Shown here piece after piece: positions 1 to 11,512 of a DNA stretch of 64,000 nt. Under the pieces are notes generated by a model. That model made no database searches. It was given only the letters and a program-made list of their open reading frames with translations, and had not been told where the DNA came from. The translations under genes and the position numbers were made by a program. Source of the DNA: an uncultured Gammaproteobacteria bacterium. Its GTDB lineage: Bacteria > Pseudomonadota > Gammaproteobacteria > Ga0077536. The stretch spans positions 20,303 through 84,302 of the forward strand of contig CALJHG010000026.1 in the NCBI GenBank assembly GCA_938075585.1, in the 5' to 3' direction. The number at the start of each line of letters is the position of its first letter. The first letter of the stretch is position 1.

Positions 1-197
1 AGACGGCCTATGGTGCGTGTAAATTAGCCAGAAACACGTCAGAAAGCGCAGGGGAGCTTAGGAAAAACGTAACTTCTCCTAATGGAACAACTGAGGCGGC
101 TTTAAAAGTTTTTGCCGCAGCAGACATCGATCGTATCGTTAAATCGGCTGTTACTGCTGCTAGAGATCGATCCATAGAGCTTGCGAAAGGTAACTAA
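1..197 (+). CDS. proC: Pyrroline-5-carboxylate reductase, 3' part (truncated by window start)
   Basis: Frame from nt 3 reads ...ELRKNVTSPNGTTEAALKVF...ARDRSIELAKGN* (TAA 195-197); VTSPxGTT ProC motif; proC-yggT-metX synteny. Confidence 0.92.
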   Translation, partial: TAYGACKLARNTSESAGELRKNVTSPNGTTEAALKVFAAADIDRIVKSAVTAARDRSIELAKGN

Positions 198-203
198 AAA
201 CTA

Positions 204-779
204 ATGGGAACATACACGTCTAATGCAGGACTTTTTTTAATAAACGTTTTACTTGGCTCAGCCATATTTATCACGCTACTCCGGCTGATTCTGCAACTAA
301 TGGGAGCAGATAGTCGTAATCCGATCAGTCAAAGTATTAAAGCAATTACTGACCCGATACTACAACCAACCAGACGCTACCTACCAAAATTCCGATCATT
401 AGACTCAGCCTCCCTATTAATGCTCGTCGCTATGCAGATGGTGCTCACATGGTTGTCGTTAAGGATGATATCAACACTTGACCCCAACATACTTTCAATT
501 TTCGTGTTTTCGGCAGGAGAAATAATCGGGAAATTTGTCCGAATATTAATTTGGGCGATTATAATAAATGCCCTAATAAGTTGGTTCTCTGCCGCATCTT
601 ATCACCCGATCGTTGACGTGATAAATTCGATAACCAATCCACTTTTAAACCGAGCGCGGAAAGTGCTGCCTATGAGCACAGGGTTAGACTTCTCTCCCTT
701 AATGGTCATTATCGTGCTACAGCTAGTCTTGATCCTAGTCGTTTCTCCTCTTAAAGATATCAGCAATATCCTCTTGTAG
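204..779 (+). CDS. yggT: YggT family membrane protein
   Basis: Two repeats of the NPI...TDP/TNP...LD(S/F) YGGT motif, hydrophobic, downstream of proC. Confidence 0.9.
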   Translation: MGTYTSNAGLFLINVLLGSAIFITLLRLILQLMGADSRNPISQSIKAITDPILQPTRRYLPKFRSLDSASLLMLVAMQMVLTWLSLRMISTLDPNILSIFVFSAGEIIGKFVRILIWAIIINALISWFSAASYHPIVDVINSITNPLLNRARKVLPMSTGLDFSPLMVIIVLQLVLILVVSPLKDISNILL

Positions 780-789
780 TGATTTACAA

Positions 790-1929
790 ATGAAATACGA
801 TAAAAATAAAGAAAGTATAGGTATCGTTACACCTAAGACTTGCGTCATCCATGAACCCTTATCTCTAGATAGCGGAGAGACCTTAGAAAGTTACCAAATG
901 TGTTACGAAACTTACGGCACCCTGAACTCGGCCCGCACTAATGCAGTTTTAATTTGCCATGCTTTGTCTGGAGATCATCATGCCGCAGGCTACAATCAGA
1001 TTGACGATCGCAAACCAGGTTGGTGGGACAACTGTATCGGGCCAAATAAACCACTCGATACAAATAAATTTTTCGTCGTTTGTCCCAATAATCTTGGTGG
1101 GTGCGGGGGATCTACCGGACCGCTTTCTAAAAACCCATCTAGTGGTAAATGCTACGGACCGGACTTTCCCATTGTCACAGTTCGCGACTGGGTTGAAAGT
1201 CAAGCCAAACTTGCAGATGAGCTACGAATAAAGTCTTGGGCTGCAGTTATGGGTGGTAGTCTCGGTGGTATGCAGGCCATACAGTGGTCCGTGGCCTATC
1301 CAAATCGTGTGCGTAACGCAATCGTAATAGCAGCAGCCTCTAAGCTTTCAACCCAAAATATCGCATTCAACGAAATATCGAGGCAAGCTATTTTGGCAGA
1401 CCCGAATTTCAACAATGGCCACTACAATGAAAAAAATACTGCGCCTACTGACGGGCTTAAATTGGCCCGAATGATAGGTCATATGACCTATTTATCGGAC
1501 GACGGATTGCGCGCCAAGTTTGGGCGGGAACGTACGGATACGAATACAAGTTTCAGTTTTGGCGCTGAGTTTGAGGTTGAGTCCTATTTACAATATCAAG
1601 GAGATGCATTTGTTAATAGATTTGATGCTAATACATATTTATTGATGACTCGTGCGCTAGACTACTTTGATCCAGCACAAAACCACGGCGATGATTTAAG
1701 AAAAACAATGGCTAGCGCGTCTGCTCGGTTTTTAGTCATCTCTTTCTCCAGCGACTGGAGATTTTCTCCCGCACGCTCTAGAGAAATTGTTCGTTCACTT
1801 CTTTACTCAAACAAAGATGTTAGCTATTGCGAGATAGAATCAGAATTTGGACACGACTCCTTCCTTCTGCCAATCCCAGATTATCATCAAATATTAACGA
1901 AGTATTTTCGAGGTATTTGCATATCATGA
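790..1929 (+). CDS. metX: Homoserine O-acyltransferase MetX (probably the succinyltransferase type)
   Basis: [19 protein letters not shown] nucleophile, RFDANTY, GHDSFL; followed by metW. Confidence 0.95.
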   Translation: MKYDKNKESIGIVTPKTCVIHEPLSLDSGETLESYQMCYETYGTLNSARTNAVLICHALSGDHHAAGYNQIDDRKPGWWDNCIGPNKPLDTNKFFVVCPNNLGGCGGSTGPLSKNPSSGKCYGPDFPIVTVRDWVESQAKLADELRIKSWAAVMGGSLGGMQAIQWSVAYPNRVRNAIVIAAASKLSTQNIAFNEISRQAILADPNFNNGHYNEKNTAPTDGLKLARMIGHMTYLSDDGLRAKFGRERTDTNTSFSFGAEFEVESYLQYQGDAFVNRFDANTYLLMTRALDYFDPAQNHGDDLRKTMASASARFLVISFSSDWRFSPARSREIVRSLLYSNKDVSYCEIESEFGHDSFLLPIPDYHQILTKYFRGICIS

Positions 1930-2537
1930 AGATCTCAGAGTTGCGACCAGAGCTCACTCTTATAGCCGATTGGATTGAAAATGGCTCTAAAGTACTGGAT
2001 TTAGGTTGTGGTGATGGCGCATTTCTTGCGGCACTTCGAGAAGAAAAACAGGTAATAGGTTATGGGATAGAAATAGATACAGATAATATTAAGGCATGTG
2101 TTGATCATAGTGTGAACGTTATTCAGTCTAACATAGATGATGGACTAAATGACTTTGAAGATGATTCTTTCGACTATGTAATCATGTCGCAGACTATACA
2201 AGCGGTGCACCATCCTCATCAAACTATCGATGATATGCTCCGGGTTGGAGGGCAGGGCATTATCACCTTTCCCAATATGGGAAACTGGAAGTGTAGGTTG
2301 CAATTAGCCCTTGGCAAGATGCCCGTAACAAAACACCTTCCGCACTCATGGTACGACACTCCTAATATTCACATGTGCACTGTGAAAGATTTTGATGAGC
2401 TGTGTAAGACACGCAATATCAGCATATTGGAAAGAGCCACGCTGAATGCTCAACATGAGAAAATAATAGGCATGCCATTATTTCCAAACCTGCGTGCAGA
2501 GATCGCAGTCTATAAAATTAACCAATCACTATCATAA
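1926..2537 (+). CDS. metW: Methionine biosynthesis protein MetW
   Basis: [12 protein letters not shown] motif, [11 protein letters not shown] at 1926 overlaps the metX stop (ATGA), so the ORF-track start at 1827 is probably too early. Confidence 0.93.
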   Translation: MKISELRPELTLIADWIENGSKVLDLGCGDGAFLAALREEKQVIGYGIEIDTDNIKACVDHSVNVIQSNIDDGLNDFEDDSFDYVIMSQTIQAVHHPHQTIDDMLRVGGQGIITFPNMGNWKCRLQLALGKMPVTKHLPHSWYDTPNIHMCTVKDFDELCKTRNISILERATLNAQHEKIIGMPLFPNLRAEIAVYKINQSLS

Positions 2538-3317
2538 AAAACTTAGCACTTCACAATCATAGTCAACAATCAAAGGAGCATGGTCCGAAAAACGCTTCAT
2601 CTTATAAACCTTCGCTTTGGTAATTTTATCTTCCAACGTCCTACTAACCACCTGATAGTCTATCCGCCACCCAACATTGTTTGCGTAAGCGTTACCCCTA
2701 TTAGACCACCAAGTGTATTGTCCTTCGCGCTTTTCTACTGCTCTAAAAGCATCAATATAATCTAACTTACCAAAGACTCTATCTAACCACGCTCGCTCTT
2801 TAGGTAGAAATCCAGAGTTCTTTTTATTCCCTTTCCAATTTCTCAGATCAATCTCTTTATGGGCAATATTCCAATCGCCACAGAAAATATAATTCCTTCC
2901 CTGCTTATTAGCGTCACGAAGTTTTTGATCAAAAATATCCATAAATCTAAACTTCGTTTCTTGTCTAAGATCACTTGAGGATCCAGACGGAAAATAAACA
3001 GATGCCACAGAAAGATTACCGATATCTATCTGCAAATAACGTCCCTCAAGGTCAAGTTCTCGGTCACCCAAACCTCGTATAACCCTATCCGGCTGAAGCC
3101 TCGAAAACAAAGCGACGCCGCTGTAACCTTTTTTCTCAGCCGACTCAAAATTTGTATACCAATTTTTAGGGTTTAGTATCGCGTTACTTAACTGATCTGG
3201 TTGTGCCTTCGTCTCCTGTAAACAAACGAAGTCGGCCCTCTGCCGCGCTAACCATCGATAGAAACCTTTACCATGAGCCGATCGTATCCCGTTTAAATTA
3301 GCACTGATGACTCGCAT
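2532..3317 (-). CDS. xth: Exodeoxyribonuclease III / AP endonuclease (Crc-related branch)
   Basis: SANLNGIR, LQETK, GDWNIAH, GWRIDY, SDHAP catalytic motifs. Confidence 0.92.
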   Translation of the reverse strand: MRVISANLNGIRSAHGKGFYRWLARQRADFVCLQETKAQPDQLSNAILNPKNWYTNFESAEKKGYSGVALFSRLQPDRVIRGLGDRELDLEGRYLQIDIGNLSVASVYFPSGSSSDLRQETKFRFMDIFDQKLRDANKQGRNYIFCGDWNIAHKEIDLRNWKGNKKNSGFLPKERAWLDRVFGKLDYIDAFRAVEKREGQYTWWSNRGNAYANNVGWRIDYQVVSRTLEDKITKAKVYKMKRFSDHAPLIVDYDCEVLSFL

Positions 3318-3406
3318 TTTTATATCCGCCCTTATTTTACCTTTACTATTGGAACGTAAGATATATCATTATATCAGTATCATAAATTCATCAATCAACC
3401 ATAGAA

Positions 3407-4048
3407 ATGAAGCAATATAAAAAAGATTTCATCACCGCCGCGTTAGATAGCAGCGTACTCCAATTTGGAGACTTCACGCTAAAATCAGGACGAAAAAGTC
3501 CATATTTCTTTAATACCGGAAATTTCGATACCGGCTCGACCCTAGCACTGCTAGGAAAAGCGTATGCAAGCGCAATAATAGACCATGACCTAGAGTTTGA
3601 AATACTTTTTGGCCCGGCATACAAGGGAATTCCAATAGCCTCAGCCGTTGCTATCGCAATGTTTAATGAATATAACATCGATATTTCCTTCTGCTTTAAT
3701 AGAAAAGAGCCAAAAGATCACGGAGAAGGGGGTATTACTTTTGGTGCGGACCTAGCTGGACAGGCGTTAATTATCGACGATGTGATATCGGCAGGAACTT
3801 CTGTGAGAGAGTCACATCAGCTAATTTCCGAAAGTGGCGCCAAGCTGGCCGGCATCTGTGTCGCATTAGACCGACAAGAGAAAGGAAGTGGCCATTTATC
3901 TGCGATACAAGAGGTGGCTACTCGGTACAATGTACCAGTCATTAGCATAATTTCTTTAGCGGATATTATAGAATTTGTTAGAGATACGAAAGGGTATACT
4001 GAAAATATACAAGCCATCAGACAGTATCAAAAAGATTACGGCATATAA
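3407..4048 (+). CDS. pyrE: Orotate phosphoribosyltransferase
   Basis: FTLKSGRKSPYFFN, FGPAYKGIP, RKEPKDHGEGG, IIDDVISAGTS. Confidence 0.97.
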   Translation: MKQYKKDFITAALDSSVLQFGDFTLKSGRKSPYFFNTGNFDTGSTLALLGKAYASAIIDHDLEFEILFGPAYKGIPIASAVAIAMFNEYNIDISFCFNRKEPKDHGEGGITFGADLAGQALIIDDVISAGTSVRESHQLISESGAKLAGICVALDRQEKGSGHLSAIQEVATRYNVPVISIISLADIIEFVRDTKGYTENIQAIRQYQKDYGI

Positions 4049-4059
4049 GCTAAATTGAC

Positions 4060-5558
<1,499 letters not shown>

Positions 5559-5587
5559 TTACTCAATGAAACTGTCATTCGCTCTGA

Positions 5588-6790
5588 TCAGGGATTTTTC
5601 TGATAAACTCTTGATATCAAAGTTACTAATTTGCGTGCGAGCTGTTCTTTAGGCTGCTTTTCCAAAACGTATGACTCGTTTTCCCAAAAAACAGTTACTT
5701 CATTATCATCACTATTGAAACCCAAGCCATCTTTATCAACCAGATTTGCCGCGATCATGTCAACGCCTTTCTTAGTCATTTTATCTCTAGCGAATCTTTC
5801 TAGCTCCTCTGTTTCGGCAGCAAATCCGACTGTAAAAGGCGCATTAGTTAATCCGGCAACTCCAGAAAGAATGTCCTTATTAGGTATTAGCTTTAAAGAT
5901 AAAGTGGAGTCACTTTTTTTTATTTTTTGATCACTTACCGCCTCGGGACGATAATCCGAAACCGCAGCGCAGCCAATAAAAATGTCGATCTCCCCAATAC
6001 CCTCACTCACCGAGCTCGCCATCTCCTTGGCAGAGCTAATGTATTCTACACCTACGCCCTGAGGAGGCTCTAAGTTTGTTGGCCCAGATATTAATATCAC
6101 ATTAGCACCGGCCTCACAGGCTGCTCGCGCTAGCGCATAGCCCATTTTTCCGGAGCTTTGATTAGTAAGGTAGCGGACCGGATCTATATACTCTCTGGTG
6201 GGTCCTGCGGTCACCATTACCCTAAGCTTCGCCAACGAACCAGAATTAAACAGACTCGCAATACTTTCAATGAGGATTTCGGCTTCGACTAAACGCCCCA
6301 AACCTACCTCTCCACACGCTTGGCTTCCAGAATCGGGGCCGCAAACACAAAAACCTTTCTCCGAAAGCACATCTAGCGCTTCTTTTGTAAAGCTATTCTC
6401 CCACATCTGCTGATTCATAGCGGGCGCTATCAACATAGGAGCTTCCGATGCTCGGCAAATTGCGGTGCTCAGGTCATCCGCTGAACCTTTACTTAGTTTG
6501 GCTATGTAGTCAGCGCTAGCCGGCGCGATAACAATGGCGTCAGCCCATCTAGCTAGCTCGATGTGACCCATGCCCGCCTCAGCCTGATGGTCAAAAAGAT
6601 CTTGGCGCACTTCATTTCCAGAAACAGCCTGTAGCGCTAATGGTGTAACAAATTCTGTGGCGGCAGATGTTAATACGACGCGTACCTCAGCACCTTGGTC
6701 GCGCATACGCCTGACAATATCGGGGGTTTTATATGCCGCGATACTTCCCGTCACAATCAATAAACACTTTTTGAATGCTAACTTGTTCAC
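5588..6790 (-). CDS. coaBC: Bifunctional phosphopantothenoylcysteine decarboxylase/synthase
   Basis: TGSIAAYK, GHIELARWAD, APAMNQQM, TAGPTREYIDPVRYLTNQSSGKMG, VGFAAET. Confidence 0.97.
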   Translation of the reverse strand: MNKLAFKKCLLIVTGSIAAYKTPDIVRRMRDQGAEVRVVLTSAATEFVTPLALQAVSGNEVRQDLFDHQAEAGMGHIELARWADAIVIAPASADYIAKLSKGSADDLSTAICRASEAPMLIAPAMNQQMWENSFTKEALDVLSEKGFCVCGPDSGSQACGEVGLGRLVEAEILIESIASLFNSGSLAKLRVMVTAGPTREYIDPVRYLTNQSSGKMGYALARAACEAGANVILISGPTNLEPPQGVGVEYISSAKEMASSVSEGIGEIDIFIGCAAVSDYRPEAVSDQKIKKSDSTLSLKLIPNKDILSGVAGLTNAPFTVGFAAETEELERFARDKMTKKGVDMIAANLVDKDGLGFNSDDNEVTVFWENESYVLEKQPKEQLARKLVTLISRVYQKNP

Positions 6791-6914
6791 ACAAAGACAC
6801 CATAGCTCGTAGGTTTTAAAAGTTTAGTATAATAAACACTTCGCGGTTAAAGTAGCTAATGGTTGTGTTTTTGTCTATTTTACGCATAGAGACATTCGTG
6901 CAGCATGATAACGC

Positions 6915-6943
6915 TTGGCGAACGGCAAGAAACGAGCTAGAAT
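6915..6943 (+). promoter_or_regulatory. Putative sigma70 promoter of rpmBG
   Basis: TTGGCG-17 bp-TAGAAT followed by GC-rich discriminator TGCCCACCCG, about 40 bp before rpmB. Confidence 0.55.
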
Positions 6944-6983
6944 TGCCCACCCGTTTTCTTAGAATTAAATAGGAATATATCAG

Positions 6984-7220
6984 ATGGCCCGTGTATGCCA
7001 AGTAACAGGTAAGCGACCCGTAGCAGGAAACAACGTTTCGCATGCAAATAATAAAACGCGTAGAAGATTTTTACCTAACCTTCACTCTCACAAATTTTGG
7101 GTCGAAAGTGAAAATAGATGGGTCAAACTTCGACTTAGTGCGAAAGGTCTTAGGGTAATAGACAAACTCGGAATCGACCAAGTTTTGAAAAATTTACGAT
7201 TCCGCGGCGAAAAAATCTAA
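6984..7220 (+). CDS. rpmB: 50S ribosomal protein L28
   Basis: [33 protein letters not shown]. Confidence 0.98.
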   Translation: MARVCQVTGKRPVAGNNVSHANNKTRRRFLPNLHSHKFWVESENRWVKLRLSAKGLRVIDKLGIDQVLKNLRFRGEKI

Positions 7221-7230
7221 GGAACTCACC

Positions 7231-7386
7231 ATGCAAGAAAAAATTAAATTAGTATCTAGTGCTGGAACAGGTCATTACTATACCACCACCAAGAACAAAA
7301 GAACTCATCCGGATAAATTAGAGCGAAAGAAATTTGATCCGGTAGTCCGCAAGCACGTTAATTATAAAGAAGCCAAAATCAAGTAA
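7231..7386 (+). CDS. rpmG: 50S ribosomal protein L33 (not in ORF track)
   Basis: Manual translation [51 protein letters not shown], 51 aa. Confidence 0.98.
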   Translation: MQEKIKLVSSAGTGHYYTTTKNKRTHPDKLERKKFDPVVRKHVNYKEAKIK

Positions 7387-7403
7387 CTTGACTACAAGAA
7401 CCA

Positions 7404-8585
7404 TTAATTTGGTAGCTCTGTTAGCGTATATCCCCGAACCACCTTCACATACTCCTGCAGCGCAGAAATCCCACTCTGCTCGGCCTCTTCGCACCATTCT
7501 TTTAGTCGCTTAAGCAATACATCAGCATCCGAAGCACGTTGTCTGTATAGATCCTCTAGGGAATTATATGAGTTAAGCACTATATGTAATCTTCTGCTTA
7601 TAAAGTAAACCTCTTTCATTTCATGGTTATCTATAGAACTCAGAAACCTGTAAGGAGCCTTATATACCCTGTGCAATTTCTTTAGCTGAAATCGCTTCTC
7701 GCCAGAGGAATTAGTAATTTCTTCCCGATAGACTCGGTGCATGACCATCTTTTTAAAATCTGACATGACATGTAAACGGTTGGCAACTACCGCTTTCAAT
7801 GTTTCAAGATCTGGCGAGAGTTTATCTAAATCAATGTATGGGCGCGCTGGCGCGATACTTTTAACTGTTGCCAACTTTAAAGCAGAAAGTACTCGGATAT
7901 AGCACCACGCTATATCAAACTCCCATGGTCTCATCGAGAACTTAGCAGAAGCGGCAAAAGCATGATGGTTATTATGAAGCTCTTCGCCACCGATAATAAT
8001 TCCCCAGGGGAATATATTGGTCGACGCGTCCTTAGTATCAAAATTCCTATAGCCTCCCCAGTGACCTAAGCCGTTAATCACGCCTGCCGCAAATAATGGA
8101 ATCCAAAGCATTTGTATCGCGGTAATCGTGACACCAGGCAAGCCAAACAACAATATATTAGTTAAAAACATCATTAAAATACCCGCCATAGGGTAGGCCG
8201 AATACAACTTATTCTCGATCAAATCATCTGGTGTTCCAAATCCAAATTGTTTAACTACCTCTGCATCGTGGGCACTTAAACGATAAAGCTCTGTCCCCCT
8301 AAGTAGTACGTTTTTCACACCAAGAACAACGGGACTGTGTGGGTCATCGTCCGTTTCCACACTGACATGATGCTTCCTATGCACAGCGGTCCATTCTTTG
8401 GTATTCATGCCAGTGGTTAACCACAACCAAAAGCGAAAAAAATGCGATATAACTGGATGTAAATCGATAGCGTGATGAGCCTGATTTCGATGCAAATAAA
8501 TCGTGACAGCAATAATGGTCACATGTGTATAACCCAAGGTGATAAACACAAAGTCCCAAAAAGAAAGGGTAAAAAAACCGTACAA
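7404..8585 (-). CDS. desA: Membrane fatty acid desaturase, DesA/delta-9 type
   Basis: His boxes HRNQAH, HRKHH, HNNHH; DDDPHSP; TTG start with GGAGG SD. Confidence 0.9.
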   Translation of the reverse strand: MYGFFTLSFWDFVFITLGYTHVTIIAVTIYLHRNQAHHAIDLHPVISHFFRFWLWLTTGMNTKEWTAVHRKHHVSVETDDDPHSPVVLGVKNVLLRGTELYRLSAHDAEVVKQFGFGTPDDLIENKLYSAYPMAGILMMFLTNILLFGLPGVTITAIQMLWIPLFAAGVINGLGHWGGYRNFDTKDASTNIFPWGIIIGGEELHNNHHAFAASAKFSMRPWEFDIAWCYIRVLSALKLATVKSIAPARPYIDLDKLSPDLETLKAVVANRLHVMSDFKKMVMHRVYREEITNSSGEKRFQLKKLHRVYKAPYRFLSSIDNHEMKEVYFISRRLHIVLNSYNSLEDLYRQRASDADVLLKRLKEWCEEAEQSGISALQEYVKVVRGYTLTELPN

Positions 8586-8649
8586 AACGAACCTCCAAAA
8601 TCATTAAATACCCTCTGAAAAAAGTTAAACAGAAGGAAGTGGCATTTGT

Positions 8650-10581
8650 TTAATCATATTCTAAGATTAAATTTTTCGCGACGTCTAATCTACCCGTCCA
8701 ACCAATGTCTATAAAGATAGTGGCAGTGCTGTCAAGTACGATAGTCGGCCCTCGGACTATACCGCTGATGCTTTGCCTGTCGATTACAGGATATCTCGAG
8801 GCTGAAGCTTTATTTATATTCTCGAGAAAAGGAGTAATCGTCGAATTTGACCAGGCTTGCTCCACAGTAACAATTGCTCTGAGACTTACTATCTCTATAG
8901 GCTTATCGAGAATATGACCATATCGGCGCTCGTGCGCCCTTGGAAATAGACGACACAAATCACCCAGACAATCAAAAGGCAACGTCAGGAACGTTGATTG
9001 TCCAAAATAACATACGTCTACTAATAACTCTTCATTGAAGTCACTATCGCTATGCCCCTCTCGCGAAAGCTCAGCGCTTGCCATGGCGACCATATCCTCG
9101 AAAATACCTCTTAGTATTTCGTCACTGCAATCTTCAGATTTTTTTCGCACTGAACGTGAAAGTTTGCGACCAGGCTTTGAAACCGTCATACCTAGCGCTG
9201 ATAAGACACCCGCACTTGCAGGAATTAAAATCACTCTCAGAGATAAAGCCTCAGCCAGAGAACAACAATGCAACCCACCAGATCCACCAAAAGGCACTAA
9301 AGTAAAGTCTGCGGGGTCGATGCCTCGCGCTATCGATATCTCTTTGAGAGCTTGACCCATCAGGTTATTGACGATCTCCAATACTCCTAGTGCGGCTTCG
9401 CTCAAACTCAACCCTAATGCTTCAGCTAACTCCTCTACAGCTTCGACCGCCTTCTCAAAATTAAGCTTCATACCTCCGGGAAATCGTGTTTCTAGAGGGA
9501 GTCTACCCATGACTAGATTTGCATCGGTCACGGTAACACTTTTACCACCTTGACCATAACAGGCTGGCCCGGGGACCGCACCCGCAGAGCTGGGACCCAC
9601 CTGCAACAAACCCCCAAGGTCAACGCGTGCGATTGATCCTCCGCCAGCTCCAATCGTGTGCATTTCAACCATTGGTATTGCGACCGGGTACCCTCCAATC
9701 TGACCTTCGGTTGTCAGAGAAATTCGCCCATCAATTAAGGCAACATCCGTTGAGGTGCCCCCCATATCAAAAGTCATAATCTTCTCAAATCCGGCTGCTT
9801 TAGCTATATGAGACGCACCGATTAATCCTCCAGCCGGCCCTGAAAGTAGCAAATTTACTGGGTGATTACTGGCGTACTCCGGAGAACATGTCATACCGTT
9901 GCTCTGCATCACAGCCAAAGATGAATAGTTTAAAGCACGAGCTAAGCTTTCCATATAGTTCCTGACTTTAGGTCCAAGCGCTGCGTTTAGCCATGTTGCA
10001 ATACCTCTTTCGTATTCGCGGTAATCGGGTAATACGTCACTAGAACAAGCAACAAAGCAGTACTTTCCCAGTCTTACTGCTAGTGCATGCTCTATCTCAG
10101 GCCTTAAAAAAGAAAATAGCAGGTTAACCGCTATAGCCTCAGGGTTTAACTTTTCAACCTGTTCCTCAAGATAAGTCATGTCCTGCTCGGAAACATCTTC
10201 AACTAGCAGCCCAGAACTATTTATTCTCCCCCCTATCTCAACGCAATGCGACTTGGGCACTGGGGGAGATTTAGTAGGCGGAGTCAAATTATATAACTCT
10301 GCTCTAGCCTGCCTACCAATAGTTAATAAATCACTGAAGCCACGGTTAGTGACGTACACCGTTTTAGATAGTTTTTTTTCAAGCACAGCATTTGTGGCTA
10401 CCGTTGTCCCATGAACGATAAAAATTTCTTCGAGGGGCACTCCAAGAGCCGAAAGGCCCTTCATAATAGCTATATTCGGGTTGTTGGGTGTCGATAATTC
10501 CTTGTGAACTCTAATCCCGGCTTCATCGCGCACAACAAAATCGGTAAACGTCCCTCCGGTGTCAACTCCGACTAGCAGCAT
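8650..10581 (-). CDS. Hydantoinase A / ATP-dependent 5-oxoprolinase subunit A family protein
   Basis: DTGGTFTD, HGTTVATNA, REYER, SGPAGG, DMGGTSTDV, GAGGGS, PGPACYG. Confidence 0.92.
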   Translation of the reverse strand: MLLVGVDTGGTFTDFVVRDEAGIRVHKELSTPNNPNIAIMKGLSALGVPLEEIFIVHGTTVATNAVLEKKLSKTVYVTNRGFSDLLTIGRQARAELYNLTPPTKSPPVPKSHCVEIGGRINSSGLLVEDVSEQDMTYLEEQVEKLNPEAIAVNLLFSFLRPEIEHALAVRLGKYCFVACSSDVLPDYREYERGIATWLNAALGPKVRNYMESLARALNYSSLAVMQSNGMTCSPEYASNHPVNLLLSGPAGGLIGASHIAKAAGFEKIMTFDMGGTSTDVALIDGRISLTTEGQIGGYPVAIPMVEMHTIGAGGGSIARVDLGGLLQVGPSSAGAVPGPACYGQGGKSVTVTDANLVMGRLPLETRFPGGMKLNFEKAVEAVEELAEALGLSLSEAALGVLEIVNNLMGQALKEISIARGIDPADFTLVPFGGSGGLHCCSLAEALSLRVILIPASAGVLSALGMTVSKPGRKLSRSVRKKSEDCSDEILRGIFEDMVAMASAELSREGHSDSDFNEELLVDVCYFGQSTFLTLPFDCLGDLCRLFPRAHERRYGHILDKPIEIVSLRAIVTVEQAWSNSTITPFLENINKASASRYPVIDRQSISGIVRGPTIVLDSTATIFIDIGWTGRLDVAKNLILEYD

Positions 10582-10693
10582 AATATTTTCTCATTTTACA
10601 CGCTTTATAAAAATCGCCCTTATAATACAGCACAAAGGTATACTTATTGTTGTAATATCAGTTCAAATAAATAAAACTTTTCTTTAATCAACT

Positions 10694-11509
10694 ATGCCCG
10701 AGCTACCTGAAGTCGAAACAACGAAACGCGGAATAGAAAGACTACTAAAAAATAAAACAGTTGAAAGTACAATCGTTCACCAATATAAATTTCGTCAGCC
10801 AATTGCGCGAAATATTGGAAATATTTTAAAAAACCAAACTCTGAGAACGGTTTCGAGGCGCGCTAAGTATCTTTTGTTTAATTTCTCTGAGGGCACGCTG
10901 ATGATACATCTAGGTATGTCGGGCAGCCTAAGAGTAGTCAGTCCAAACACCCCAAAAGCAAAGCACGATCACGTGGAAATTTCGTTTAACGACAACCTTT
11001 GCCTTAGATTCAGAGATCCGCGCAGATTTGGTCTAGTTATTTGGACAAAACAAGATCCACTTAAACACAAATTATTAAAAAACTGTGGGCCAGAGCCACT
11101 CACCCAGCAATTTTCTGCAATATACCTAAAGCGTGTCGCGGCGAATAGAACTTGCGCTATCAAGCAATTTATCATGCTAAATAACGTAGTTGTAGGGGTC
11201 GGAAATATTTACGCCAGCGAGGCACTATTTTCAGCCGGCATAAATCCAAATCGCCCTGCTAATAGTATAGATTTAGACGAATTTGGTCGGTTGAGTAAAA
11301 GTATTAAAACGGTACTACGAAGAGCTATTAGGGCCGGAGGTACAACGCTGCAAGACTTTAAAAACGAACGAGGTGACGCAGGTTACTTTAAACAAAAACT
11401 GGCCGTGTATGGTCGTGCAAGTCTACCATGTTACAACTGTCAACAAGCTATAGCACAACAACGGATAGGACAAAGATCAAGCTTCTATTGTCAAAATTGC
11501 CAAAAATAA
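10694..11509 (+). CDS. mutM: Formamidopyrimidine-DNA glycosylase
   Basis: MPELPEVE, HLGMSG, DPRRFG, GNIYASE, C-terminal C4 zinc finger. Confidence 0.98.
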   Translation: MPELPEVETTKRGIERLLKNKTVESTIVHQYKFRQPIARNIGNILKNQTLRTVSRRAKYLLFNFSEGTLMIHLGMSGSLRVVSPNTPKAKHDHVEISFNDNLCLRFRDPRRFGLVIWTKQDPLKHKLLKNCGPEPLTQQFSAIYLKRVAANRTCAIKQFIMLNNVVVGVGNIYASEALFSAGINPNRPANSIDLDEFGRLSKSIKTVLRRAIRAGGTTLQDFKNERGDAGYFKQKLAVYGRASLPCYNCQQAIAQQRIGQRSSFYCQNCQK

Positions 11510-11512
11510 AAA

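Noticed and set aside
1827..1925. N-terminal extension of MetW in the ORF track
   Set aside because: Lies inside metX; the ATGA overlap at 1926 is the better start
6816..7043. 75-aa minus-strand ORF in the usual radC position
   Set aside because: Overlaps rpmB and its promoter; no RadC/JAMM motif
8679..8694. CGACGTCT as a MetJ box
   Set aside because: Single box within a CDS, with no tandem partner
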